Virus record (IMG/VR): IMGVR_UViG_3300027608_000010
DNA: 64,000 nucleotides
Strand: one strand, 5' to 3'
From: a virus
Taxonomy: Duplodnaviria; Caudoviricetes
Under the pieces are notes generated by a model that worked only from the letters and a program-made list of their open reading frames with translations, searched no databases and had not been told where the DNA came from. Positions 47,254-57,027 of this stretch are shown here, piece after piece; position 1 is the stretch's first letter, and each line of letters opens with the position of its first letter. A program made the translations under genes and the position numbers.

Positions 47254-47438
47254 TTGAAATGCGCTGGTTAATACAAGCTACGTGGGACGGTCCCGAACAA
47301 GTATTGCAATATAGACAAAAAGCTGATATAATTGATTATAGCAGAAAAGATAGTAATGGTCATTTTGTTAAGACCACAGAAATGACAGATTGGGTTACAG
47401 TACCCACAGTAGATGAGGTATGGAATGCGGACATATAA
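47250..47438 (+). CDS. hypothetical protein
   Basis: ATGA coupled, 62 aa. Confidence 0.65.
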   Translation: MIEMRWLIQATWDGPEQVLQYRQKADIIDYSRKDSNGHFVKTTEMTDWVTVPTVDEVWNADI

Positions 47439-48771
47439 TAAACGAATTGCTTTTATGATTAGTGACCAGCACTTTATACCCCATGGGGGTATTGGTTCTT
47501 TTTGTAAAAGTTTTACTGAGATGTGCGACCGTATCAACTGGAAGGTTGATATTATATTAGATAAAGCACCTACTGGTACATTTGATAAAGTGATTGACAA
47601 TGCAAATATTGTATACCCAGAAGAAGCATTACGATATAGCGACCATACTGCTACCTTTGCATTTAGTGACACAATAAATTTTGAAAAGATTATAAATTTC
47701 CGTAAAGCATTATTGAAAGCATTCGAAACAAATATCTATGACATGGTTGTGTGCAACACACAAGAAGCAATGACTGCGGCATATGCAATGACAATCAATG
47801 CATATATTCCGGTTGTATTTTATACACATTTACATAGTATGATTTTCCGCGAGAGTCAGGGTAGTGATGTATTTCTAAGTAGCTATCACAATTTTTTTAA
47901 CAAGCATATGGAGTTCACTGATATTGTTATCGGTACGCAAAGTCAAAAGAATATTGATGAATTAAATAAGTATGGTGCAACTAACTGTGTTAAATTACCT
48001 ATGCCAATGAGTGAGCGTGGGTTGTTAGAACCTAATACAAATACTAATCGTAAAGGTGTACTATTCATTGGACGATGGGAAGAAGGTAAAAACCCTGAAT
48101 CATATATCAAAGCAATGAAGGAAGCCAAACTTCCATGTAAAGTTATGACTAACTCAAATGGCGAAAAGAAATTTATCAAAGCATTTGAAGAAGCCGGTAT
48201 AACTGACTACGAAATCAAAGCTGGAATTACTGGTCAAGAAAAAGTAGACTTCATTAAAGGTTGTAAAGTATTTTTCATGCCTAGCTTGCGTGAAAATTAT
48301 CCATTTGCATTTTTAGAATGTCTAGGTCATATGCCATGTGTAGTACTAGACAAACAAGATTGGTCTGATAACTTCAACGAAAATCTTTTTTATAAGTGTA
48401 AGCAAGATGAAGTACCCGAAGTACTGAATAGACTATACAATGAACCAGAATCTGTAGTTGGGTTAAAATATGTAAATCAACTTGATGAATTAGTAGCGGA
48501 GAGTTGGATTAAGTTCTTAGATAACTTTGTAACCAAAAAGAGCAATACAAATGCCGCAAAGATTAACTCATACGAAACAATTAAGTACAGTGACTACATC
48601 AAAGAATTGGATCGTAGTCATTTAGCAAGGGAAGATTTTGAAAGTGTGTTGGGTAATAGACATAAATTTTTACATGTAGTTTATACAGACAAGAACACAT
48701 ATCTTTCAAAAGTTCCAACATTCAAACCAACAGAGGAGGAAATAGGTTTTGACCTATTTAGTTTTACATGA
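47425..48771 (+). CDS. GT4-like (GT-B) glycosyltransferase
   Basis: HGGIGSF, LFIGRWEEGKNP, FFMPSLRENYPFAFLEC. Confidence 0.8.
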   Translation: MRTYNKRIAFMISDQHFIPHGGIGSFCKSFTEMCDRINWKVDIILDKAPTGTFDKVIDNANIVYPEEALRYSDHTATFAFSDTINFEKIINFRKALLKAFETNIYDMVVCNTQEAMTAAYAMTINAYIPVVFYTHLHSMIFRESQGSDVFLSSYHNFFNKHMEFTDIVIGTQSQKNIDELNKYGATNCVKLPMPMSERGLLEPNTNTNRKGVLFIGRWEEGKNPESYIKAMKEAKLPCKVMTNSNGEKKFIKAFEEAGITDYEIKAGITGQEKVDFIKGCKVFFMPSLRENYPFAFLECLGHMPCVVLDKQDWSDNFNENLFYKCKQDEVPEVLNRLYNEPESVVGLKYVNQLDELVAESWIKFLDNFVTKKSNTNAAKINSYETIKYSDYIKELDRSHLAREDFESVLGNRHKFLHVVYTDKNTYLSKVPTFKPTEEEIGFDLFSFT

Positions 48772-49601
48772 AAAAAGTTTTAATCACGGGTAATTCAGGC
48801 TACATTGGTAGTCATCTAAGTAAGATGTTAAATGACGAATATGAAGTCTATGGATTAGATATAGTAGGTCCTCAATTCAAAATTAAGAAACATTATAATC
48901 TTGATATCAAAAGTCAACTAAAGGTCAAGGAAGAGTTTGATGCTATCATTCATTTGGCCGCATTAGTTAATGTAGGTGAGAGTGAACTAGAACCCACAGA
49001 TTATTACATGACTAATCTGTTTGGTACACTAAACATATTACAAAATATTAAGACAAAGAACTTTATCTTTGCGAGTACAGGTGCAGCCGAAAAGTGTGAA
49101 AGTGCTTATGGTGTAAGTAAACGGGCAACAGAAGATTGTATACGAGAATTTTGTCAAGTAAACAAAGTTCCACACACAACTTTTAGATTCTACAACGTTA
49201 TAGGTAGTGATGGATTCAAACCCACTAACCCTGATGGTCTGATGTATAATCTAATGCAAGCCCCGATAAAGGGAGACTTCACTATATTCGGTAAAGACTA
49301 TAACACATTAGATGGAACTTGCATACGAGACTATGTTCATGTGAATGAGATTTGTCATGCCCTTAAGTTGGCAATAGAAGAACCTAGCAACAGTTTAGAG
49401 AATTTGGGTCATGGTGTCGGACATAGTGTTGGGGAAATGGTTCAAATCTTTGAAATCATAAATAACGTGAAATTCTTCACTTTATACGGTCCTAGGCGTA
49501 AAGGTGACATAGAAGTATCTGTTTTAGCAAATCCTTCAAAATATATGAAAAAACTCTATACAATAGCGGAATTATTGACGGTTGACACTAAATATGCATA
49601 G
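48768..49601 (+). CDS. NAD-dependent epimerase/dehydratase (GalE-like)
   Basis: ITGNSGYIGS, IHLAA, YGVSK (YxxxK), FRFYNV, IRDYVHV, RRKGD. Confidence 0.9.
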   Translation: MKKVLITGNSGYIGSHLSKMLNDEYEVYGLDIVGPQFKIKKHYNLDIKSQLKVKEEFDAIIHLAALVNVGESELEPTDYYMTNLFGTLNILQNIKTKNFIFASTGAAEKCESAYGVSKRATEDCIREFCQVNKVPHTTFRFYNVIGSDGFKPTNPDGLMYNLMQAPIKGDFTIFGKDYNTLDGTCIRDYVHVNEICHALKLAIEEPSNSLENLGHGVGHSVGEMVQIFEIINNVKFFTLYGPRRKGDIEVSVLANPSKYMKKLYTIAELLTVDTKYA

Positions 49602-49610
49602 TGATATACT
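49582..49610 (+). promoter_or_regulatory. sigma70-type promoter of uvsE
   Basis: TTGACA-17-TATACT. Confidence 0.75.
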
Positions 49611-49639
49611 CAAGACTTCACATACTTTACATAATATAT

Positions 49640-50659
49640 ATGACTATTAAACGCATTGGTTTTGCTTGCAAATTTGCCGAGATTAACCACAAGGGTGAAA
49701 TCGTAAGTGTTGAGGGACTAAACACTGGTGGTACTACACTTGCATGGGCACGTCGCCAAACTCGGCCTGTAGCAGAAGATAAGATACTAGAAGTTGCACA
49801 CCGCAATATCACTAATACCCATAATCTAATTAAAAAGGTTAGTACTCTTGATCCAAGTTTGCGTATGCTACGTATAACTAGCGACATGCTTAGTTTCTAT
49901 ACTCATCCTGAATTTCTTGACTTTTGGAAATCAAGTGACAATCAGAAATTTCTCAGTGACATGTTTGCACCCTTAGGTGAGACTGCACGTGCTAACAATG
50001 TTCGTCTTAGTATGCACCCCGATCAGTTTGTTGTTCTAGCAAGTGACAGGGAAGAAGTTGTAACTAACAGTATTCGGGAGTTTGAGTATCATGCAGACAT
50101 GGTTAGATTTATGGGCTATGGCAAAACATTTCAAGATTTCAAAATCAATGTGCATATCAGTGGACGACAAGGTCCTGAAGGTATACGTAAAACCTATACC
50201 AAACTCTCACCGGAAGCACGTAATTGTATTACTATCGAAAACGAAGAAATTAGCTGGGGGCTAGATGACTGCTTAGAGTTGGCAGACTTACTACCCATTG
50301 TATTAGACATTCATCATCATTGGATTAAAACTGGAGAATATATTGAACACGATAGCGACTTGGTTAAAAAGGTTATTGATAGTTGGCGTGACCGTAGGCC
50401 TACTATGCACTATTCCGTATCTCGGGAAGATGTACTTGTTGACCATGACAGACATATCGCACCCGATCATGGTACGCTAATCGCTGCCGGACATAACAAA
50501 CAAAAACTACGTGCCCATAGTATCTACTATTGGAACGAGGCTGTTAACGACTGGGCATTGACATTCAATGACAACTTTGATATCATGTGCGAGTCAAAGG
50601 CAAAGAATTTAGCCAGCTTTAAATTATACGAAAGAGCAAAACAAAATGGGACTATTTGA
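49640..50659 (+). CDS. uvsE: UV damage endonuclease
   Basis: RIGFAC, LRITSD, RLSMHPDQF, INVH, TIENEE, VLDIHHHW, MHYS, RAHS, DIMCESKAK. Confidence 0.9.
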   Translation: MTIKRIGFACKFAEINHKGEIVSVEGLNTGGTTLAWARRQTRPVAEDKILEVAHRNITNTHNLIKKVSTLDPSLRMLRITSDMLSFYTHPEFLDFWKSSDNQKFLSDMFAPLGETARANNVRLSMHPDQFVVLASDREEVVTNSIREFEYHADMVRFMGYGKTFQDFKINVHISGRQGPEGIRKTYTKLSPEARNCITIENEEISWGLDDCLELADLLPIVLDIHHHWIKTGEYIEHDSDLVKKVIDSWRDRRPTMHYSVSREDVLVDHDRHIAPDHGTLIAAGHNKQKLRAHSIYYWNEAVNDWALTFNDNFDIMCESKAKNLASFKLYERAKQNGTI

Positions 50660-51071
50660 TATATTTAAAAAGAAGCCAGTAGAACAGGTCGTAGCACCTG
50701 TTAAGGAAAAGAAACCTCGCACTCCCAAAGTAAAAGAACCCATCAAGGAATTAACCGAGAAGGAAAAAGCAACCGCGGCAGGTGAACCTTACGTTCAGAT
50801 TTTAAGTATGGATGTTGATCCTGAGAACATCAATGCAGGTTCTTTTGACCTTGACTATAATGACAAATTCATTTTGAATCTGATTCGTGCAGGATACAAG
50901 ATGCGTGATGACGATACTGATTATGATATACTAGATCGTTGGTGGGTCGAAATTTGTAGGAATACAGTTTTAGCTGTATATGAACAATCAATTGCGGGCG
51001 AACCTGAGCATAGAGATTTGCGTAAGATGAACTCAAAAGATATTGGAAATGGGCGAACAGAAGTAAGTTAA
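50646..51071 (+). CDS. hypothetical protein
   Basis: 141 aa. Confidence 0.75.
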   Translation: MGLFDIFKKKPVEQVVAPVKEKKPRTPKVKEPIKELTEKEKATAAGEPYVQILSMDVDPENINAGSFDLDYNDKFILNLIRAGYKMRDDDTDYDILDRWWVEICRNTVLAVYEQSIAGEPEHRDLRKMNSKDIGNGRTEVS

Positions 51072-51117
51072 TCAACTTGTTAATGTTGAAATAAAACAAC
51101 AGTATTACATTTTTCGG

Positions 51118-51146
51118 TTGACTACATATCCATACTGTGTTACATT
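51118..51146 (+). promoter_or_regulatory. sigma70-type promoter of the nuclease/ParB-like insert
   Basis: TTGACT-17-TACATT with TG extension. Confidence 0.55.
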
Positions 51147-51163
51147 AATGATTGTATTAATTC

Positions 51164-51781
51164 ATGCGGGGTAGAATGTCTGTAAATCAACAAACTGATG
51201 TTGAGGTGCTTTCAAAGTTAAAGTCTTTTGAATGGGATTTTATCATTGATTTTGCCTTGAACCACGTTAATAACATTAGAGGCAATCAATACAACTTTTT
51301 ACGAGGTGGATTGATTGAAGATGTTATTGCTGAACAAGATGATGAACTTGAATTTGTGGGTGAAAATCACAAAGATTTTGAATGGCATCGTTTTGGTATA
51401 TCACTTGAATGTAAGTCATTGTTAAACAATACAATGTACGACAGACGAGGAAAATTAAAGGATAATTTTGCAATTAAATTATGTAGCCTGCGTTCTAAAC
51501 GTAAAATAAAACCAAATGAAATTTGTGATATAATTTTAGTTATTATGAAAGACGGTTCATTCATAATTCCCAAACACGTTGCTATTCATAATACTATACA
51601 AAAAGGCAATCAAATTGATATCGTCATTGGATCAAAACATATCATTGAAATTTCAGGACCGAAAAACTTATCAACGGTAACTCAAAAAATTGATATTAAT
51701 GAAATGGTAAAGAATTTTCAAAAAACACTAATTGACAAAGCAAGACAAAATTTCAATCGTAGAACTAAACTTGAGGTATAA
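51164..51781 (+). CDS. putative PD-(D/E)xK restriction-fold nuclease
   Basis: LIEDV...HKDF......SLECKS (E, D, ExK spacing). Confidence 0.5.
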   Translation: MRGRMSVNQQTDVEVLSKLKSFEWDFIIDFALNHVNNIRGNQYNFLRGGLIEDVIAEQDDELEFVGENHKDFEWHRFGISLECKSLLNNTMYDRRGKLKDNFAIKLCSLRSKRKIKPNEICDIILVIMKDGSFIIPKHVAIHNTIQKGNQIDIVIGSKHIIEISGPKNLSTVTQKIDINEMVKNFQKTLIDKARQNFNRRTKLEV

Positions 51782-51784
51782 TTT

Positions 51785-53005
51785 ATGACTAATCAAACAG
51801 GAACTCCAATGACACAGAAAAAACGCACATTTACTCCACGTAAGGGTAAATCTACATTTAGTAAAATTGATAATGTTTTTATTAAAGAAATTCACGAATT
51901 TGTCAAATATAGTATATCTGATGTGGGCGATGATTTATTGAAAATTCAAAAGTTAAAAAATGCTTTAACAACTAATAAAGCAAATGATGTTGCTGGTACT
52001 GATCCCAACTATGATCCAAAAAATATGGGTAAAGCCTGTGAGACTAAATTGGGTGACCATCATTGGCTTGAGATGATTCAGAGGCTTGTTGATTTTCGAA
52101 ATTTGTTAAAAATTGTACAAAATTTCAGATTTAGTTCCTTCACTACTGTTTATGCTGTTAAACATCCTTGGCTTAACTATTTAATTACAGTAGATGGCTT
52201 TCATCATTTGTTAGCTCTTTATGTTAATATCCGAGCAGGTAATATTAAGGGTTGGGATCCAGAAGATTGGAGAGATTTCCCTATACCTACTATGCTATGG
52301 GAAAATGATGATGCAAGTTTCCCTCTGCGTATTGCATGTGAAATTAATGGCGGAACCCAATTGATATGGGGTGAGATTGAACATTTGCGATGCAATAGTG
52401 CTATTGCACGACTTTTCCCTAAATATGCTAAACCAGAAGATATACTAGCACTTGAGCAGGTTTCGGCATGCTTAAACGAAGGGCATAGCGTTCCACTTCA
52501 CTATAAGCATAAAAATGCTCAGATTAAAGAAGCAATTACTCATATTGGTGCAATCGTCAGCAACAAAAATATTACTAGACTGAAATATATTTTACAAGAA
52601 AATTATAATCACTGGCCTCAAGATTCACGAAAATCAGGTATGTTTGGTTTTTACGGTAATATCTTTGACCACTTACCCGGAATTTCAAAAAGTCAGATGA
52701 ATGATTACCATTACATTATTGAAAATGTATTTGGTTCACTAGACAAAGCTAAATCTGCTGTTACAAAAGCAATGACCAAATTGTCAGCCTTATCAAATGA
52801 TAATTGGCAACCTTCAGGGAAAGATAATGCATTGTTAGCAATGGTAGAAATAATTTACAAAGACTATCTATTGGGTTCGTGTAAAATCACCGGTGCTAGA
52901 GGTGGTTATGCATACGTAAATTCTAAAAATATTACAATTAATGTTGTTGATGCACTTATGCAATTACCAAATACAATACATGCTGTAAAAATTAACTCCT
53001 TGTGA
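51785..53005 (+). CDS. ParB/Srx (DGQH-type)-like domain protein
   Basis: TVYAV...LITVDGFHHLLAL then helical C-terminus. Confidence 0.45.
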   Translation: MTNQTGTPMTQKKRTFTPRKGKSTFSKIDNVFIKEIHEFVKYSISDVGDDLLKIQKLKNALTTNKANDVAGTDPNYDPKNMGKACETKLGDHHWLEMIQRLVDFRNLLKIVQNFRFSSFTTVYAVKHPWLNYLITVDGFHHLLALYVNIRAGNIKGWDPEDWRDFPIPTMLWENDDASFPLRIACEINGGTQLIWGEIEHLRCNSAIARLFPKYAKPEDILALEQVSACLNEGHSVPLHYKHKNAQIKEAITHIGAIVSNKNITRLKYILQENYNHWPQDSRKSGMFGFYGNIFDHLPGISKSQMNDYHYIIENVFGSLDKAKSAVTKAMTKLSALSNDNWQPSGKDNALLAMVEIIYKDYLLGSCKITGARGGYAYVNSKNITINVVDALMQLPNTIHAVKINSL

Positions 53006-53006
53006 C

Positions 53007-53035
53007 TTGACAATATTTAAATATACGTATATAAT
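53007..53035 (+). promoter_or_regulatory. sigma70 consensus promoter, leaderless for rnh
   Basis: TTGACA-17-TATAAT; ATG 6 nt downstream, no SD. Confidence 0.8.
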
Positions 53036-53041
53036 ACACAC

Positions 53042-54049
53042 ATGACAAAACGTTACGCACTCATCGATACGGCAAATACCTTCTTCCGTGCTAGACACGT
53101 TGCTAGTCGCAACTCTACATTAGAAGAAAAAATCGGCATGGCCCTACACTTGACACTTGCTAGTGTTAATCAAGCAGTAAGACGCTATGGAATTGACCAT
53201 GTTGTATTTTGCTTGGAGGGGAAATCGTGGAGGAAGGCAGTATACGGTCCTTACAAAAAAAATCGTGTGGTTGATGCAATGTCAGTCACTGAGGAAGAAA
53301 AAGAAGAATCGGCTATGTTTTGGGATACTTACGAAAAGTTTACCACATACATACGAGAGAAAACTAACGTCAGTGTACTCAGGCACGAACGGGCTGAGGC
53401 TGATGATTTGATTGCCCGTTTTATCCATCTACATCCAAATGACACGCATTATATTATTAGCACTGATTCCGATTATGTTCAGCTTATTACTGATAAAGTG
53501 TTCCAGTACAATGGAGTCGCAAATGAACTCATCACACTCTCCGGATATCTTAAAGATACGGGTAAGCCGATACTAGATAAGAAAACTAAACAGCCTAAAT
53601 TGTTAGAGGATCCACAGTACTTACTTTTTAAAAAATGTATGAGGGGAGACAGTTCCGACAACGTATTCAGTGCGTATCCGGGTGTGCGTGAAAAAGGTTC
53701 TAAGAATAAGGTTGGTTTGATTGAAGCATACGAAGATAGAATGAAGCAAGGTTTTTCGTGGAACAATCTAATGTTGCAACGCTGGCTGGACCACGAAAAT
53801 GTCGAGCATCGGGTTAAAGATGACTATGAACGTAATCGTATGCTGATTGACTTAACTGCACAACCTGACGAGATTAAACAATTGGTTGATGAATCAATTC
53901 GCAATGGTGTTCGTACAACTACAACATCTCAAGTTGGTATACACTTTATGAAATTTTGTAACAAATACGAATTGACTAAGCTCAGTGAACAATCAGAAAC
54001 ATATTCACGGTGGCTTAACAATCCCTATACAGGTGTACTCAATGGATAA
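53042..54049 (+). CDS. rnh: T4 RNase H-like 5'-3' exonuclease / flap endonuclease
   Basis: LIDTAN, SWRKAVYGPYKKNR, AEADDLIA, ISTDSDYVQL, MRGDSSDNV, RNRMLIDL. Confidence 0.92.
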   Translation: MTKRYALIDTANTFFRARHVASRNSTLEEKIGMALHLTLASVNQAVRRYGIDHVVFCLEGKSWRKAVYGPYKKNRVVDAMSVTEEEKEESAMFWDTYEKFTTYIREKTNVSVLRHERAEADDLIARFIHLHPNDTHYIISTDSDYVQLITDKVFQYNGVANELITLSGYLKDTGKPILDKKTKQPKLLEDPQYLLFKKCMRGDSSDNVFSAYPGVREKGSKNKVGLIEAYEDRMKQGFSWNNLMLQRWLDHENVEHRVKDDYERNRMLIDLTAQPDEIKQLVDESIRNGVRTTTTSQVGIHFMKFCNKYELTKLSEQSETYSRWLNNPYTGVLNG

Positions 54050-54245
54050 GAAAATTAGAATTAATTTAGCCGGCATTGATGAACTTGACGAACAAACATT
54101 GGGTATGTTGATTGACGGGCTTGTTGAACTATATCAAGAAAAATATGGATTAGATATTTTACTTGACGAACCAGACAAACCCGAGTATGATGCAGAGAAC
54201 TTGGATGTTGTAAAAGATTACTTGAAAAAATTTAGATTACAATGA
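54042..54245 (+). CDS. hypothetical protein
   Basis: 67 aa from ATG 54042. Confidence 0.6.
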   Translation: MDKKIRINLAGIDELDEQTLGMLIDGLVELYQEKYGLDILLDEPDKPEYDAENLDVVKDYLKKFRLQ

Positions 54246-54724
54246 ATGAGAAAATAACTTATTATAAAAAAGTGGGTCGTAGATACAGGGCCGTGTATGA
54301 GTACGACCAAAAACTTAGTGATGCATTACCAAAAGGTACTCATCTAATACAGGTTTATCCAGGTGGAAAATTAACACGTTACAATATAAACCCTGCACAT
54401 GCACCAATGATTGCGGCTGGTCGTGTAGCAGAGGATAAGATTAGTGAGGTAATTAGAAAAGCCACTGACATGCGTCCTGCTAGTAAAGAAACAAAATTAA
54501 CAGAAGAACAAATACGTTGCTGGAATGAACTAAGCAAAGCGTTTGGTGAAGATAACCACGCATTACAATGGCCCAGTGCTAGGGAAGCCTGTGAGGAAGC
54601 AGTCAAAGCAATGCAACAGGAAGCAGAAAAACTACTAGCTGTACCAGCAGTTAGAAAAGCCTATGAACATTTCTTGTTTGTAGCAGAATTAACTAAGGAT
54701 ACTAAAAATGAATCTAATAGCTAA
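54242..54724 (+). CDS. hypothetical protein
   Basis: 160 aa; YYKKVGRRY. Confidence 0.75.
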   Translation: MNEKITYYKKVGRRYRAVYEYDQKLSDALPKGTHLIQVYPGGKLTRYNINPAHAPMIAAGRVAEDKISEVIRKATDMRPASKETKLTEEQIRCWNELSKAFGEDNHALQWPSAREACEEAVKAMQQEAEKLLAVPAVRKAYEHFLFVAELTKDTKNESNS

Positions 54725-55169
54725 ACCAATTATTAAAAATCAATATTGGGTAGTCACTGATGGTGACAAAAAAGTCGGTAATGTTATTCAAGAGGGTAGT
54801 GAATACAAAGTTAAACTCAACAACAAAACCGAACTCTATGATAGCACCAAGGCTATTGAAAAACTTAAGCATATAGAATTTGAGAAACTTGCAAAGGTCA
54901 AACCCAAGGACACTAGCCCGCCCTTTGCAGTCTTCCCAACTAATAGAAATAAAATCTATAACAGCGTATTAGATGTCAAGCGTAAGTTACATTTGTACAC
55001 TACTACCCCAAAAAGCAAGTGTTACTATGTTGCTGGTTGGTTTGCTATCAAGACCGGTGCTGAGTATGTTGCTACTTTTTGTCCTAAATACATATTTGTT
55101 CAACGGTATAATTACAAAGGACCGTTTAACTCTGAGGTCGAAGCAAATAGTAGCATAAATACTCTATGA
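54708..55169 (+). CDS. hypothetical protein
   Basis: 153 aa. Confidence 0.75.
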   Translation: MNLIAKPIIKNQYWVVTDGDKKVGNVIQEGSEYKVKLNNKTELYDSTKAIEKLKHIEFEKLAKVKPKDTSPPFAVFPTNRNKIYNSVLDVKRKLHLYTTTPKSKCYYVAGWFAIKTGAEYVATFCPKYIFVQRYNYKGPFNSEVEANSSINTL

Positions 55170-55354
55170 ATCAAATAAAAAAATTTATTGATAAAATAAC
55201 GGTCATAGAAGGACGTCAAGCACGGGAAGTTGTACTTACACTCAATGATGCCAAAGAATTACGTGATGAAATTATGAAAATTCTATTGGATAATCGTGAG
55301 TACAATAAAGAACCCGAAACTATTAAAGTAGTGATGCAGGGCGGTAAATGGTAA
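55166..55354 (+). CDS. hypothetical protein
   Basis: 62 aa, coupled. Confidence 0.7.
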   Translation: MNQIKKFIDKITVIEGRQAREVVLTLNDAKELRDEIMKILLDNREYNKEPETIKVVMQGGKW

Positions 55355-55358
55355 ATTA

Positions 55359-55652
55359 ATGAGCAGAACACAACCCAAAGTTATATTAGAAATAACAGAT
55401 AAAGTAACATACAAATGTGACCAAATTGTAGAAGCTGCAGGTATATGGGCTGTGTTTTATGACGGGCAACCAATTAACTTAAAAGCACAACATGCCTACG
55501 ATAGTGAGAGTGTCCCAAAGTATAAAAAGACCAGTTTCAGTAATCCCGGTCATGCAAGAAACCTGTGTCGTAAATTAAACGCACAATTTAAATCAGATAA
55601 ATTCAGTGTCGTGTTTATGAACAACGGTACTAAAGTTTATCCTGATGACTAA
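55359..55652 (+). CDS. hypothetical protein
   Basis: 97 aa; YKKTSFSNPGHARNL. Confidence 0.75.
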   Translation: MSRTQPKVILEITDKVTYKCDQIVEAAGIWAVFYDGQPINLKAQHAYDSESVPKYKKTSFSNPGHARNLCRKLNAQFKSDKFSVVFMNNGTKVYPDD

Positions 55653-56043
55653 ACCCTCATATAAAGAAATTATTACCGAGGCAGTTGTAAATCAATTGCC
55701 AACAGGATTTGAGGTCTTGAAAGAAGATGCATTAAAGACATGGTGGTTTACTGGTCAGAGTAGTGACGTATTAAGATTAAGCGAAACCGGTGATGTGAAT
55801 TTTCGCATAGCACAAATTGAATTTTATCAATATGATTTTACACCCAAAACTGAAGATAGTTATTATCGGTACATGAGTGACTTGGGGAAGAAAATACGAT
55901 GCCCCTATTTTTTAGGTGTAAATAAAGTTGAAGGAAAGAAAAGTAAACCATACATAAGATTATATGATAGCAAGATTGCTATGATGATTAGCTTATATGG
56001 GAACTTGGACAGTTATTTAAAATCAGTGAGGATACGAAAATGA
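55645..56043 (+). CDS. hypothetical protein
   Basis: 132 aa. Confidence 0.75.
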   Translation: MTKPSYKEIITEAVVNQLPTGFEVLKEDALKTWWFTGQSSDVLRLSETGDVNFRIAQIEFYQYDFTPKTEDSYYRYMSDLGKKIRCPYFLGVNKVEGKKSKPYIRLYDSKIAMMISLYGNLDSYLKSVRIRK

Positions 56044-56216
56044 CAGAAGAAAAGAAAAGTAAGAACCCATTTGTGAATTTGGCTAATGAAGCCAAAAAGA
56101 ACAATAATGAACTTCACCCTGGATTGGGCAAAGCACCAAAGAAACAAGGACCAAAATTTAATACAAAAGGTTTTGGTGGTGCAAGTGTAATAAGACGGAC
56201 AGGTCGTGGTGGATAG
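56040..56216 (+). CDS. small basic protein (58 aa, missing from ORF track)
   Basis: MTEEKKSKNPF...IRRTGRGG; ATGA coupled. Confidence 0.65.
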   Translation: MTEEKKSKNPFVNLANEAKKNNNELHPGLGKAPKKQGPKFNTKGFGGASVIRRTGRGG

Positions 56217-56275
56217 TGTCAACGGAATCAATGCCTAAGGCGTTATATATAAATAATTTAACAAAGGAAACTAAA

Positions 56276-56476
56276 ATGAAACAACTCATCGTAATTATCA
56301 TGACCACATTTGCATTAACAGCATTTGCCGCAGAACCATCAACTGCACCTTCAGGTACTACCACACAAGCACCTGCTAAAAACAGTAAAATGAAATTAGC
56401 TAAAAAGAAAGACCATAGCAAAGATAAAAAGGTTAAAAAGGACGCCACCAAAAGTCCCAGTAAACCAGCTAAGTGA
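56276..56476 (+). CDS. small secreted K/A-rich protein
   Basis: signal peptide MKQLIVIIMTTFALTAFA|AE; AAGGA RBS; TATAAATA at 56248. Confidence 0.7.
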   Translation: MKQLIVIIMTTFALTAFAAEPSTAPSGTTTQAPAKNSKMKLAKKKDHSKDKKVKKDATKSPSKPAK

Positions 56477-56728
56477 TGCTGAGGACGAGGATGATGACGA
56501 ATCATCTAGTCCAGACATAGTAGCGCATCGTGGTTATAGTCGTCCAAAGATTATTAACCATGAGTCTGATACTGATAACTTATCGGATCATGTAAAATTT
56601 AGGTTGTTTCTTGCTAGGAATTTAGCAATGAAAAAGTTTAGAGAAAAACGTAGTCAGGCATAAATATTAATGCAGTTATGGGTTCTGCATAAAAACCCTT
56701 TTTAAACACACTAACACAGGAGAAAATT

Positions 56729-57025
56729 ATGATTCAATCTTTCACACATGATGCCGTTGACGCGGTACAAACGGGTAAACTACAATTTGTTTCAGCTTTC
56801 GTTAAACACGAAGGTCTAGCAGAAACAATGACTAAATTTGTTGAAGCCCAAACAGAATACACCAAATCAGTATTAGATACAAACATTGATACAATGTTGA
56901 ATTTCGGTACACTTATTACAAAGAAAGACTTTGTTAAGGACCTTATCTCATCATATGGCTTTGATAAATTTGTACCCGCTATGCCGACTGCACCTGCTAA
57001 ATCTGCAAGTAAAAAGGCTAAGTAA
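56729..57025 (+). CDS. phasin-like amphipathic protein
   Basis: helical A/T/K-rich, FVEAQTEYTK, C-terminal APAKSASKKAK tail. Confidence 0.4.
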   Translation: MIQSFTHDAVDAVQTGKLQFVSAFVKHEGLAETMTKFVEAQTEYTKSVLDTNIDTMLNFGTLITKKDFVKDLISSYGFDKFVPAMPTAPAKSASKKAK

Positions 57026-57027
57026 CT

